A stretch of DNA of 64,000 nucleotides from assembly GCA_963803145.1 (NCBI GenBank), contig CAWDLW010000020.1:96001-160000 (forward strand), in the 5' to 3' direction. The first letter of the stretch is position 1; each line of letters begins with the position of its first letter. Made by a program: the position numbers and the translations under genes. The notes under the pieces are model-generated. The model was not told the DNA's origin, made no database searches, and worked only from the letters and a program-made list of their open reading frames with translations. Source of the stretch: Methanotrichaceae archaeon. Lineage in GTDB: Archaea > Halobacteriota > Methanosarcinia > Methanotrichales > Methanotrichaceae. Below are positions 31,312-41,412 of this stretch, in pieces.

Positions 31312-31532
31312 GGCAGGAGCTTCGAAAGCGTGAGGATGGGCGTGAAGGATGTTTCGGCCAGGTGGATGAAGGCTTCAAGGGCACTCAAGAAGGAGGACCA
31401 GACCTATGGGCAGATGATTGCAGAGATGGCAAAAAGCACTCAAGCGAGGCATTCTATGCTATGGATGATCCTTTAGAGGCGGCTATATTCTCTGTGCTGG
31501 TAGAGATTATAAAGAGGAGGGAAACGCCATAG
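31312..31532 (+). pseudogene. Second frameshifted copy of the small PolB2-associated-like gene
   Basis: GRSFESVRMGVKDVSARWMKASRALKKEDQTYGQMIAEMA / (1-nt deletion ~31433) KHSSEAFYAMDDPLEAAIFSVLVE; start codon lost. Confidence 0.65.
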
Positions 31533-31676
31533 GAAAATAGAAAATCCAAAGATGATGGTAAATGCTAAACCTTGTAAGCTTTTTTCCCTAATCTATTACT
31601 AACCGAATAACCATGCTGGAGGGAAACTTATAGATAATAATCATAGTTATGTGTTTTAGTCAGTTCTGGTGTAGAA

Positions 31677-34427
31677 ATGGCAATTGATAACCTCTCCCAA
31701 AGGATATCCAAGCTTTCACAGCGTTTAGAAAAACTCCAGGCAGAATTTATGAGCAATCCAGCAAATGCTCCCGAAATCTCACCCAATGCCTTGGAGAGTC
31801 TGAAGGCAAGCCTTGATGAGCTTTCGGCAGCTACGGAGATGCTTAAACAGCGAAATGAGGTAATCATTGAGCCTAGGGCGGAGGAGAATGCTAGCGCAGA
31901 CGTTCTGGCGCTTATTAAAAAACTGGAGGTCCACCAGATCGAGCTGGAGTTGCAAAATGATGAGCTTAGACGATCTAGGCTAGAGGTGGAGGATGCACTG
32001 AAGAAAAGCGAGAAACGGATGAACAAGTCACAGGAGATTGCTCATCTCGGCAGTTGGGAACTGGACCTCCTGAACAACCGCCTATCCTGGTCAGATGAGG
32101 TATACCGAATCTTCGGTCTACGGCCTCAGGAGTTTGGTGCCACTTATGAGGCCTTTCTCGATGCTGTGCATCCGGACGATCGTGCAGCAGTCGATGCTGC
32201 ATATTCGGGCTCGCTTCGTGATGGAAAGGATACCTACGAGATCGAGCACCGGATTGTAAGAAAATCAAATGGCGAGGTCAGGATCGTCCATGAAAAATGC
32301 GAACACATCCGAGATGAATCAGGCCAGATAATCCTGTCAGTCGGAATGGTACATGATGTCACAGAGCGCAAACAGGCAGAGGAAGCGCTGAGCAAGTCCA
32401 AAGATGAACTTGAGTTGAGTGTTCAGGAGAGGACTGCCGAGCTGCAAGAGGCTAATAAGGCTCTGGGTGAATCCAAGGATTTCCTAGATAAAATCATAAA
32501 TTCCATTGGCGATCCTATTTTCATCAAAGACAGGCAGCACCAGCTGATCCTGGTCAATGATGCCGCTTGCAAGTTATTTGGTCGCTCCCGGAAGGCCCTC
32601 TTGGACCGTACTGCCTACGATCTCTTTCCTTCCAAAGATATGGCTGATATCTCCTGCGAGAAGGATGAGGAGGTCTTCAGGACGGGCGAAGAAGTTGTGA
32701 ATGAAGAGACAAACACCTATGCACTTGGGACGACCCGCATAGTCCAGGTCAAGAAGGCTCTTTACACAGATAAGGCTGGAAATCAGTTCTTAGTAGGCAT
32801 CACCAGGGATATCACTGAGATAAAGCGCTCTGAAGAGGCATTAGCCATAGAAAAAAGGAAAGCAGATGATGAGCAGCGTCGGCTAAAGGCTGTATTGGAT
32901 GCTCTGCCCTTGGGAGTGTTTATCGTCGATGTCAAGGGCCATGTAATTCAGGTAAATGATCAGGCCGATCGCATCTGGGCCAAGTCTACGCCTTCCTCAG
33001 GGATAGTGGACTGGAGATCATACCGTGGCCACTGGGCAGATTCCGGAGAGGGCATAGAGTATGAAGACTGGCCACTATATCGATCGCTGAGATATGGCGA
33101 GATATACATCGCCAGGGCTATAGAGATAATGAGGTTTGATGGCAGCAGAGGAACCATCTTATCATCCAGTGCGCCGATTAAAGATGGTGGGGGCAATATC
33201 ATAGGTGCAGTATCAATCATACTGGATATAACCGATCGAAGGAGGATGGAAGAGGAGCTACAGATGGCTAAGGAGGCAGCTGATGCTGCTGCCGAGGCTA
33301 AGGGGATCTTCCTGGCTAATATGAGTCACGAAATCAGAACTCCCTTGAATGCAGTCATTGGACTTACTGACCTTCTCCTGGACACGGATCTAAAACCAGA
33401 GCAGGAAGAATGCATTGAGACAATAAGGTCCAGCGGAGATGCCCTTCTGGCGGTAATCAATGATATCCTTGACTTTTCCAAGATCGATAGCGGCAAGATG
33501 GAACTTGAGCATCAGCCTTTTGATCTCCGATCCAGTATAGAAGAATCACTTGATTTGGTGGCCCAGAAGGCAAAAGAGAAAGGTTTGAGCCTGACCTATG
33601 GGATGAATGATTCGGCGCCGAACATTATCGCTGGTGATCCAACTAGGCTTAGGCAAATTTTGATCAACCTGCTCAGTAATGCAGTCAAATTCACAGAGCA
33701 AGGGAATGTCGAGGTCTCTATCGCTTCACAGGCTAGAGATGATGGCAAATGCATACTCCATTTTGCAGTCAAGGATACTGGAATTGGCATACCCCAGGAT
33801 AGAATGGATAAGATTTTTCAGTCTTTCAGCCAGGCGGATATGTCCACTACTCGCAAGTACGGTGGCACTGGTCTCGGATTAGTTATAAGCAAACGCCTAG
33901 TTGAGATTCTGGGTGGCAAAATCTGGGTGGAAAGTATTGTAGGGAAAGGTTCTGCGTTCCATTTCATACTGCCAGTTGACGTATACTTAGGTCAATTGCC
34001 CAAGCCAAAGGAAGCCATATTTCAACGCAGGGGCAAAACACACGCTAATATGCGCATACTCCTAGCGGAGGATAACGCTGTCAATCAGAGAGTCATGCTC
34101 CAAATGCTTAAAAATTTAGGGCATAGGGCTGATGTAGCAGCCGATGGGACGGAGGTAATTAAAGCCCTGCAACTCCAATCATACGATCTGGTGCTTATGG
34201 ATATACAGATGCCAGAAATGGATGGTTTCGAAGCCACTCAGGAGATACGAAGACGCTGGCCAAATGGTCCAATGATTGTGGCTCTAACCGCCTATGCGCT
34301 AGAAGGTGACCGTGAGAAATGTCTCGATGCAGGCATGGATGGCTACATCGCTAAGCCTGTGAGGATTCAGGATCTGGCAGAAGTCCTGAAGCAGTATGCT
34401 CTTGACGCTCAGGACTTAACAGCTTAG
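31677..34427 (+). CDS. Hybrid PAS/PAC sensor histidine kinase with receiver domain
   Basis: Three PAS/PAC domains; H-box FLANMSHEIRTPLN; NLLSNAVKFT, DTGIG, GGTGLGL; receiver AEDN..DIQMPEMDG..KP. Confidence 0.96.
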   Translation: MAIDNLSQRISKLSQRLEKLQAEFMSNPANAPEISPNALESLKASLDELSAATEMLKQRNEVIIEPRAEENASADVLALIKKLEVHQIELELQNDELRRSRLEVEDALKKSEKRMNKSQEIAHLGSWELDLLNNRLSWSDEVYRIFGLRPQEFGATYEAFLDAVHPDDRAAVDAAYSGSLRDGKDTYEIEHRIVRKSNGEVRIVHEKCEHIRDESGQIILSVGMVHDVTERKQAEEALSKSKDELELSVQERTAELQEANKALGESKDFLDKIINSIGDPIFIKDRQHQLILVNDAACKLFGRSRKALLDRTAYDLFPSKDMADISCEKDEEVFRTGEEVVNEETNTYALGTTRIVQVKKALYTDKAGNQFLVGITRDITEIKRSEEALAIEKRKADDEQRRLKAVLDALPLGVFIVDVKGHVIQVNDQADRIWAKSTPSSGIVDWRSYRGHWADSGEGIEYEDWPLYRSLRYGEIYIARAIEIMRFDGSRGTILSSSAPIKDGGGNIIGAVSIILDITDRRRMEEELQMAKEAADAAAEAKGIFLANMSHEIRTPLNAVIGLTDLLLDTDLKPEQEECIETIRSSGDALLAVINDILDFSKIDSGKMELEHQPFDLRSSIEESLDLVAQKAKEKGLSLTYGMNDSAPNIIAGDPTRLRQILINLLSNAVKFTEQGNVEVSIASQARDDGKCILHFAVKDTGIGIPQDRMDKIFQSFSQADMSTTRKYGGTGLGLVISKRLVEILGGKIWVESIVGKGSAFHFILPVDVYLGQLPKPKEAIFQRRGKTHANMRILLAEDNAVNQRVMLQMLKNLGHRADVAADGTEVIKALQLQSYDLVLMDIQMPEMDGFEATQEIRRRWPNGPMIVALTAYALEGDREKCLDAGMDGYIAKPVRIQDLAEVLKQYALDAQDLTA

Positions 34428-34748
34428 AAGGTTACATTCATCTCGTATATAATCCTGGCAATTCGGATTGGCTATTTACTAGTAAGGACGTGCGGAATTC
34501 CCGTACCCCACACTTCCTCCGCACTGAACGATATCTACCTTAGAGCCATTCCGATCGTATAAATAGAGGTTTGATGCTGGGCCTCGAAAGAACACCATAG
34601 CCTGGCTTCACAAATCCCTAGCTAAATTAGCGATCAAAGTTTAGTATTATAAATCCATCAGAATTAATTTCTGTAATAGCTCCTAAGGGATATTACCTTC
34701 GCCGAGTGTTTGCTTGGCATCATTCATAATTACCGGTATTTTCTTCTA

Positions 34749-34870
34749 CGCAGCAAGCTGCGGGGCATGCAAGGCGCTGCCGCACAAAAATGGAACCAGG
34801 TTATCTGATCTATCCCTAAGTTGGATACGGATGCCCTCTATCCATCCGCAGCGAGCTGCGGGGTATTACG
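34749..34870. mobile_element. Putative non-autonomous IS200/IS605-derived miniature element (PATE/MITE-like)
   Basis: Two near-identical direct-orientation hairpins CGCAGC-AA-GCTGCGGGG (34749) and CCGCAGC-GA-GCTGCGGGG (34846), about 97 bp apart, with no ORF. Confidence 0.5.
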
Positions 34871-35084
34871 TTTAAAAGTAAAGATACAATATTCGATAAA
34901 ATCTAAACAATTGTTGCTAACAAAGAGGTTATAATTATGCCTGTTAGATATACACCTATAGATAGACCTAGTTCGATTTTGCCAGCTCAATCTCCCCAAC
35001 AGATATTATCTCTTCGAAATATTTATCATCGCAGAAAGTGAAGAACTGAATGTGAGCCGTTAGCAAAAAGTAAGGGATGGTAAA

Positions 35085-35546
35085 ATGAGACAATCTTTAA
35101 GGCTGATTGCTGTCTTACTTGTGGTGGCACTAGCTTTGATACCCCTAGGTGCTTGCGCATCTCAGGATATACTCGGGACTTGGAATGTAATAGGCAAAAT
35201 TGTAACCACATGCAGTACAGATCCGAATGCTCCTCAACCTGGGTCTTTAATGCCACCGCAAATCTGGTCAATTACAAACTCAGCAAATGGACCAATTCTT
35301 ACTAGCGATAAGGGGAGTGTATCAGGACAGTATACAGCTAACGGAGCAATGTTTGAGTTCACCACGACATTAGGCTCGGATCCTAGTTACGGACGCACTG
35401 ATTGCCTAACCCAAATCGAATGTTACGCTGATAGCCCTGCATCCATGTATGGAACTGTTGTGAATCATTACATCCAGACAATCTACATAACAGGAGCTAC
35501 TTTTGAAAGGTGCAGAGAGGCAATCCAATTTAGCGCGTCAAAATAG
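35085..35546 (+). CDS. Secreted hypothetical protein
   Basis: Signal peptide; ILGTWNV lipocalin-like start; four Cys in the mature part. Confidence 0.7.
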   Translation: MRQSLRLIAVLLVVALALIPLGACASQDILGTWNVIGKIVTTCSTDPNAPQPGSLMPPQIWSITNSANGPILTSDKGSVSGQYTANGAMFEFTTTLGSDPSYGRTDCLTQIECYADSPASMYGTVVNHYIQTIYITGATFERCREAIQFSASK

Positions 35547-35579
35547 CAATATAATCACTGAGGGTTGTAAATATAAGCA

Positions 35580-35623
35580 TATAAAGGGATGCCGATTTGA
35601 GTAGAGATTGCCATCCCTTTATA
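35580..35623. repeat. Inverted repeat (12-bp stem) downstream of 35085-35546
   Basis: TATAAAGGGATG ... CATCCCTTTATA. Confidence 0.6.
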
Positions 35624-35971
35624 GCATTAGCTCTGCTTTATGCCACGTCAACTTTTGGCAGATAACTGCGAAGGATGGTCGCTGGAGGGAAAGTACAGTT
35701 TTACGAAGGTCCAAAAGATGCTGGAAAATTCAAAGGTTTTCTGCGAGGAAGTCCGGCCCGGTTTGAACGTCATGAGGTTGGACATCTAATTATCCATATG
35801 CTGGAAGATGCCAAAGCTCATCCTGTTAGCATTCCAGTAGATCAACGCAAATTGGAGCGCAAACCTCTATATAAAACAAAAAGCAAGATTGGGATAAAAA
35901 AGTAGATACTATAGTCAGCGCTCCAGAAGCTGAAGAAGTGGAAGATAGTACTTCATATACAATCGCTCAAA

Positions 35972-36541
35972 CTACTCAATAATCTTTACGGTGACTATAA
36001 TTGCCTTGATGCCATCATGGTGGCCCATCATGGACTTAACGGGCCTATGGCACATCTGCTTGCCAAACTGTCCCATCTCTCCCATCATGGACTTAACAGG
36101 CCTATCGAACATCTGCTTGTCGTCTTTTCCCATGGAGTTCTTGCATCCGCACTGATCATTCTGCTTGCCATCCCACTTTCCTTGCTTTTCATCCTTTCCC
36201 ATCATGGAGTTCTGGCATCCACACTGATCATTTTGCTTGCCATTCTCTCCCATCATGGACTTGACAGACTTCTGGCATCCGGACTGATCGTTTTGCCTGC
36301 CATCACACTTGCCTTGCTTTTCATCCTTTCCCGTCATGGAATTCTGGCATCCACACGGATTATTGTCCTGTCCCATGGAATTCTGGCAATTGCATTGATT
36401 CTGTTGGCCATCTTGCATCATGGGCTTCTGGTCATTCCACTGGTTTTGGTTTCCATTTTGTGTATCATACGGCATTGAAAAAGCTGGCATAATGAGAATA
36501 CATGCAACCGCCAATGCCATAAAGAATTTAGTATATTTCAT
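35972..36541 (-). CDS. Secreted Cys/Met/Gln-rich repeat protein
   Basis: Signal peptide; recurring QNDQCGCQNSMMG and VKSMMG units; GGAGG RBS. Confidence 0.75.
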   Translation of the reverse strand: MKYTKFFMALAVACILIMPAFSMPYDTQNGNQNQWNDQKPMMQDGQQNQCNCQNSMGQDNNPCGCQNSMTGKDEKQGKCDGRQNDQSGCQKSVKSMMGENGKQNDQCGCQNSMMGKDEKQGKWDGKQNDQCGCKNSMGKDDKQMFDRPVKSMMGEMGQFGKQMCHRPVKSMMGHHDGIKAIIVTVKIIE

Positions 36542-36942
36542 TTAACATTACCTCCATTCAAGATCGACTCTAGTTTTTAGGCTGAGTCATCTTGGGACTA
36601 TCTCTATTTCCAATGATATAAAAAGGTATAGCTGAAGGAGCTATAAATCGAATCAGAACGATAGCCGTTAATTTATCTTATAAAGTCTCCTTCTCTGAGA
36701 AAGCCTCTCTAGATAAGTTAGACAATAGTCAAAATAGTCTTGATGCTTTAAGATTGATCGAGTACGACTTTGGAGAGACGGATGAGGTGTGTAGGACCGT
36801 TGAGATGAGGGTGATAGGATTGGTTGGAGAACGCTAGATCACGCTAGATGATAATACTTTCGCCCCTGGCACAATTTCCATTATTCATTCTAGTAACTAG
36901 CAAGGAAAAAAGATCCACTGTAATACGGCATAGAGACTGTTT

Positions 36943-37473
36943 CTACTTAATAGATGATAAATCCATCTCTACAGCCATATCATATGCCTCAACAGCGTCT
37001 TCATGTAACCCCAGCTGATCCAATGATTCGCCTTTTCCATACCACGGCAAAGCCCATTTTGGATTCATGGCAATAGCTATATCATATGCTTCAATAGATT
37101 CGTTATACCTTCCTTGATCAAAAAGAGTTTCTCCCTCGCCATACCAAGCTTTTGCGAGTTTGGAATCTAGAGTAGCAGCCGTATTATATGCCGCCATCGC
37201 CTCATCGTATTTTTCCATCTTGCGGAGGGCATTGCCTTTATGATCCCATGCTTCTGCATAGGATTGATCAAGCTCTATGGCCTGATCGTAGGCATAGACG
37301 GCCTCCTCATATCTGCTCATATTATAAAGAACATCACCTTTATTAAACCATTCTAAGGGATTTGGGTCACTTGGAGCGGAAACGTTCTCGTTAGTCAAGC
37401 TACATGCAATTCCAATTTCAATTGTCATGAAAGCTATTAATATGACTATCGGCTTCAGTGATAATTCTATCAT
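36943..37473 (-). CDS. Exported tetratricopeptide repeat protein
   Basis: Four TPRs (W.NKG..L....RYEEA...YD.A); hydrophobic N-terminus. Confidence 0.9.
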   Translation of the reverse strand: MIELSLKPIVILIAFMTIEIGIACSLTNENVSAPSDPNPLEWFNKGDVLYNMSRYEEAVYAYDQAIELDQSYAEAWDHKGNALRKMEKYDEAMAAYNTAATLDSKLAKAWYGEGETLFDQGRYNESIEAYDIAIAMNPKWALPWYGKGESLDQLGLHEDAVEAYDMAVEMDLSSIK

Positions 37474-37491
37474 TATCTCACCCCTTTAGAC

Positions 37492-38145
37492 TTACTCAAT
37501 ACGAATGAATTGTCGAGACGGAGATGGCTTATCCCCTCGGATAAATATTCCTAAATGATACTGCTTTTCGTCGTATAACGGCGCTGTTCCCCCAGGGTTA
37601 TGCCAGCGTTCTAGGAATTCATTGCGTGGAATGAATCCTCTACTCCCCAATGTATATGGGTCTTCAAGGTAAACATTATTTTCATCAATTCCTATAACAA
37701 CCATGTAATGACCATCATACCAATCATCGGTCCAAGACTTATTCGAATATGAACTACCTCTCCATGATTGGCAATCTATTATCACAGGGACGCCCTCATT
37801 GATGGACTTTTCAAGATCCTCAAGAGTAATGTTATCCTTAATCTCGGCTTCAAGACCCATCTGCTGAGCCACTCTTACAATATCTCTTTCGTCTGTTCCA
37901 AAATCTGGGCTTGTGTTGAGCAGAGCCATTAATTCATCCTCCTCAATATCTATACCCCAATAATCCAGCACCGCCTGAAGGGCTGTTGCTCCGCAAGAGT
38001 AGTTTGCGCTCTGCCGTGTATCTGGTACATGAAATAGAATATTATTCGATGTCTCTTCAATTGGCGCCTCATTAATGCCGCATGCTTCAATGGCACCTAA
38101 GATGAATATTAAGAATATTATCATAAACAGCAAATTTTCCCTCAT
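37492..38145 (-). CDS. Exported C39-family cysteine peptidase
   Basis: QSANYSCGATAL (Gln/Cys), GHYMVVIGID (His), LEDP (Asp). Confidence 0.88.
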   Translation of the reverse strand: MRENLLFMIIFLIFILGAIEACGINEAPIEETSNNILFHVPDTRQSANYSCGATALQAVLDYWGIDIEEDELMALLNTSPDFGTDERDIVRVAQQMGLEAEIKDNITLEDLEKSINEGVPVIIDCQSWRGSSYSNKSWTDDWYDGHYMVVIGIDENNVYLEDPYTLGSRGFIPRNEFLERWHNPGGTAPLYDEKQYHLGIFIRGDKPSPSRQFIRIE

Positions 38146-38269
38146 AAGATAGAGTTTAGGGCTACACTATATAACTTTTGCTAAAATGAATAAAGAAAAT
38201 AATTCCTATAAATGCCATTTAAAAGAGGAAAAGAACTTTATCTTCACAAGCCTTCAGGCTTCATGATAT

Positions 38270-38632
38270 CTAGGTTGCATCCAAGTCGTTCTCCCATATA
38301 CCAAATGCATTCTCCTCCGTGTCCTCACATACAACGAAGTATCCCATTCCCGGGACTGAAGTTTTTGGAACCAGCACCTTTCCACCCAGATGCTGTATCT
38401 TTACGATATATCTATCCGTAGATGAAACATCAATATAGTTAACGATCGTCTGACCTGGCCTCTGCCTCTTAGTAAGGCTGCCAGAGATCGCATCTCCATT
38501 CCCTGTCTTGATAATTAGGCGATCGTTTAAGGAAGAAGTTTTGGATTCCTCGATACTCCAGCCGAAAAGCTCAGAGTAGAACTTCCTTGCCCTCTGAATA
38601 TCATCTGCAGGGATCTCAAACCAGCTTATCAT
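38270..38632 (-). CDS. VOC (glyoxalase/bleomycin resistance) family protein
   Basis: WFEIPADDIQRARKFYSELFGW, LGGKVLVPK..VPGMG.F...DTEENAFGIW. Confidence 0.9.
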   Translation of the reverse strand: MISWFEIPADDIQRARKFYSELFGWSIEESKTSSLNDRLIIKTGNGDAISGSLTKRQRPGQTIVNYIDVSSTDRYIVKIQHLGGKVLVPKTSVPGMGYFVVCEDTEENAFGIWENDLDAT

Positions 38633-39127
38633 CGAAATTTTTCCTTCATAGCCTCAAAGGCTAAGCCATCAATCACTTTACATAATTTTGCAGCACGTTG
38701 AAATACCAATGGATAATATTGATATCAAATTTTTTTAAACCTAGCTGCCAGGTTTTAGAGTACACCATCTACTCCCATCAAGGTCGTACTATTCCCCCAT
38801 TGCTGTTAATATTATCATATCTGCTTTCTCGTATTATTAAAAATTTTCTGTTTAGCTAATTACTTTCTCCTAACTCTAAAGAAGTAGATAGGTTAATGGG
38901 ATTATAACAAAAGCGAAATGCTTCCACAGGCTATTTTTTATAATTAGGATAATACAATGGATATTTAGGATATCATCAGTACGCGATATGCTTTGTCAGC
39001 ATAACCCGAATCAGTATTATTCATATTAATAATCGTATAAGTATAAATAATAGAGCTAACTTTGATGCAAAAAGAAGGCTAATGAGGTTTATATTCCTTC
39101 ACCATGCCTGAATTATTCTATTATTCT

Positions 39128-40249
39128 CTATCTTGGAATCACATTGATCTGGCCCTTCATGCCCATGTAGTCATGAAGCACACAGAGATATTTGTAAGTC
39201 CCAGGCGTACTGAAGGTGAGGTTATAGCTTTTCGGTCCTGGTAGCGGCACCATTGTGCCCCAGATAAGGCCCGAGTTGAAATAGCCAGCACCATTGTATA
39301 CCTTACTTCCGTTTGGCATCAGCACAATGGGGTTCAGTACTAATTTCGGCGGCCCTCTTTGCTGTGGCTCAGCAATGACAAGCTCAGGCTCTTTGCCTCC
39401 CGATAGGAAGGTGACCGTATGAGGAGTCTCCACACTTCCGCGGGTCCATTCTACTGAATCACCGACATGTATCGTCAGATCTGTTGGGGCAAATCGCATC
39501 CAATCAATGAGGCCATTGCCATAGCCTATCTTAACATCGTAAACAGTCGTCCCATTCTGCCCGGGATGACTGGATACATTTCCAGCTTTCGGCTCTGCCA
39601 ACAGAGCTGCCTCCATATCCGATGCAAGAAGCTTTGCAGCATCTGCATCTATCTGCTCTTGGGTCTTGGGATAAGGCGTGCCTGCTGGCTGCACTGTAAC
39701 GTTTCCCTTCATCATGCCGTGGAACGCACAGAAGTATTCAAACGTTCCAGGCTTGGTAAACGTCAGGTTGTACTCTCTGGGGAAGCCCGTCTCTATGTCC
39801 AGTTGACCTGAACCTGTCAGCATAGTCCCATTATAGGTTTGCCCTCCCTGTGGAAGTATTACAGTTGGATTGAATAACAAACGCTGGCTGCTATTATTCT
39901 CAGGGATTATAATACCTGGAACCTGTTTTCCTGTACCTAGGAAGGTTACAGTATGCGGCTCAGACGCTTTGAGCTTCCATGCAATCTTATCCCCGACATT
40001 GACGGTTATATTTTCAGGATAAAATCGCATAAATTGCCATGCACCTGATGGTCCGTACTCCTGGGGTTCAATTGCTGCCTCCCCGCCGACCAGCACCGTC
40101 CAGGTTACAGGGCCAGCCTGAGCAGCCTTCCCTTGCTGAACCTGCGCATAGGCTGCACCAGTCAAAACAACAAGTGCCATCGTACAGAAAGCAAGGAGCA
40201 TTATGATCTCCAAGCGGTATAGAATACCCTTACTTTGTCTTTTTGACAT
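39128..40249 (-). CDS. Secreted two-domain cupredoxin (blue copper) protein
   Basis: Two PHTVTF ... C-x2-H-xn-M sets (CAFHGMM and CVLHDYMGM). Confidence 0.88.
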   Translation of the reverse strand: MSKRQSKGILYRLEIIMLLAFCTMALVVLTGAAYAQVQQGKAAQAGPVTWTVLVGGEAAIEPQEYGPSGAWQFMRFYPENITVNVGDKIAWKLKASEPHTVTFLGTGKQVPGIIIPENNSSQRLLFNPTVILPQGGQTYNGTMLTGSGQLDIETGFPREYNLTFTKPGTFEYFCAFHGMMKGNVTVQPAGTPYPKTQEQIDADAAKLLASDMEAALLAEPKAGNVSSHPGQNGTTVYDVKIGYGNGLIDWMRFAPTDLTIHVGDSVEWTRGSVETPHTVTFLSGGKEPELVIAEPQQRGPPKLVLNPIVLMPNGSKVYNGAGYFNSGLIWGTMVPLPGPKSYNLTFSTPGTYKYLCVLHDYMGMKGQINVIPR

Positions 40250-40486
40250 AGGATAAAATCCTCCGAGCGATTATGAGACGATTCTGAGAGAACCGACGTT
40301 ATTATTTGAAACTGCTTACTTCTTATATTTTTTGTAGAATAACATGACAATAGAAGCTAAAAGCATCTAGAAGCACCAAATTTAGTATAGCTGTGCTCTA
40401 TAGGAGCATATTTAACGTTACATTCTCGGGTATCTATTTCCAATTTAGATGAGCATTGACAATCCAGAAACTAAGGCGGTTCTATC

Positions 40487-40918
40487 CTAAAGTTCCTTCC
40501 ACATCCTGACAGCATTCTTTCCTCTGCCGTAATAATTTCTTAGCATTTCCTTCTTATGATACCCAGCCTTGCGATAGAGCTCCAAAGCTGCAGGGTTATT
40601 TATAGCAGCCTCAAGCCTTATACGCTCTACCCCCTGAGAACGCAGTCTTTCCTCCAGCGCTCGGATAAGCATTGAGCCTACGCCCTTTCTGCGATAATCA
40701 GGATGCACATCAAGTGTATAGATGAATCCAGTGTCTCCGCTGGCATAGCCGATGATGAATCCTGCCATTCTATTGTCCTCAAAGGCGGCCAATGTCATCG
40801 CGTATCTGATAAGGTACGCGAACATCCCCGGCGGAAAGGCGGTCTCATCAGGAAAGCAGAGAATCTCGATCTCGACGATCTTTGAAAGATCAGCCAGCTC
40901 CGCCGCGCGAACCATCAT
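40487..40918 (-). CDS. RimI-like GNAT N-acetyltransferase
   Basis: YTLDVHPDYRRKGVG, N.AALELY...GY...NYYG. Confidence 0.85.
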   Translation of the reverse strand: MMVRAAELADLSKIVEIEILCFPDETAFPPGMFAYLIRYAMTLAAFEDNRMAGFIIGYASGDTGFIYTLDVHPDYRRKGVGSMLIRALEERLRSQGVERIRLEAAINNPAALELYRKAGYHKKEMLRNYYGRGKNAVRMWKEL

Positions 40919-41292
40919 CGCTTTTCAGATACCTGTTTCACCACGTCGGCATAAGCCCCGAAAACCTCCGGGATATCAACTGTACCGATAATATCCACCA
41001 CGCCAATAGCAGCAATGGTCTTTCCTTCCGCTACTATCGGCGCGACAGATACTGGAACTCCTTTGTATGCGCCGCTTTCAGGAATTTTGCGGATCGGCTT
41101 CCCTGTCCTCAAAACATCCTCAAGTATAGGGCCACTATAGCGTTCATCCAAGACCTTGCCTTTCTCAACTCTTACTCCAGGGCGGTTAGCGCTGCGTAAA
41201 GTGACAGGCAGCTTCACGACCTCATTGATTGCAAGGGCTAGCGGTGCCAGGTCAGAAGATCCGGCATCCTCAGATATAACAAGTCTGGGCAT
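40915..41292 (-). CDS. DUF2111 domain protein (methanogen-type)
   Basis: LPVTLRS...GVRVEKGKVLD..YSGPILE, GAYKGVPVSVAPI..AAIGVVD. Confidence 0.85.
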   Translation of the reverse strand: MPRLVISEDAGSSDLAPLALAINEVVKLPVTLRSANRPGVRVEKGKVLDERYSGPILEDVLRTGKPIRKIPESGAYKGVPVSVAPIVAEGKTIAAIGVVDIIGTVDIPEVFGAYADVVKQVSEKR

Positions 41293-41412
41293 ATCAGACT
41301 ATATGGGCGCCACTTGCTATAAATTCTGCCCTTATTATCTCCACCTTAGGCTTCCTTTTCAAACGCTATATGGCCCCGCGGCGCTTGAACCCTACCTCTT
41401 CTTATCTCCACC

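Noticed and set aside
36017-36478. His/Leu-rich plus-strand ORF
   Set aside because: Antisense shadow of the Met/Gln/Cys repeat gene.
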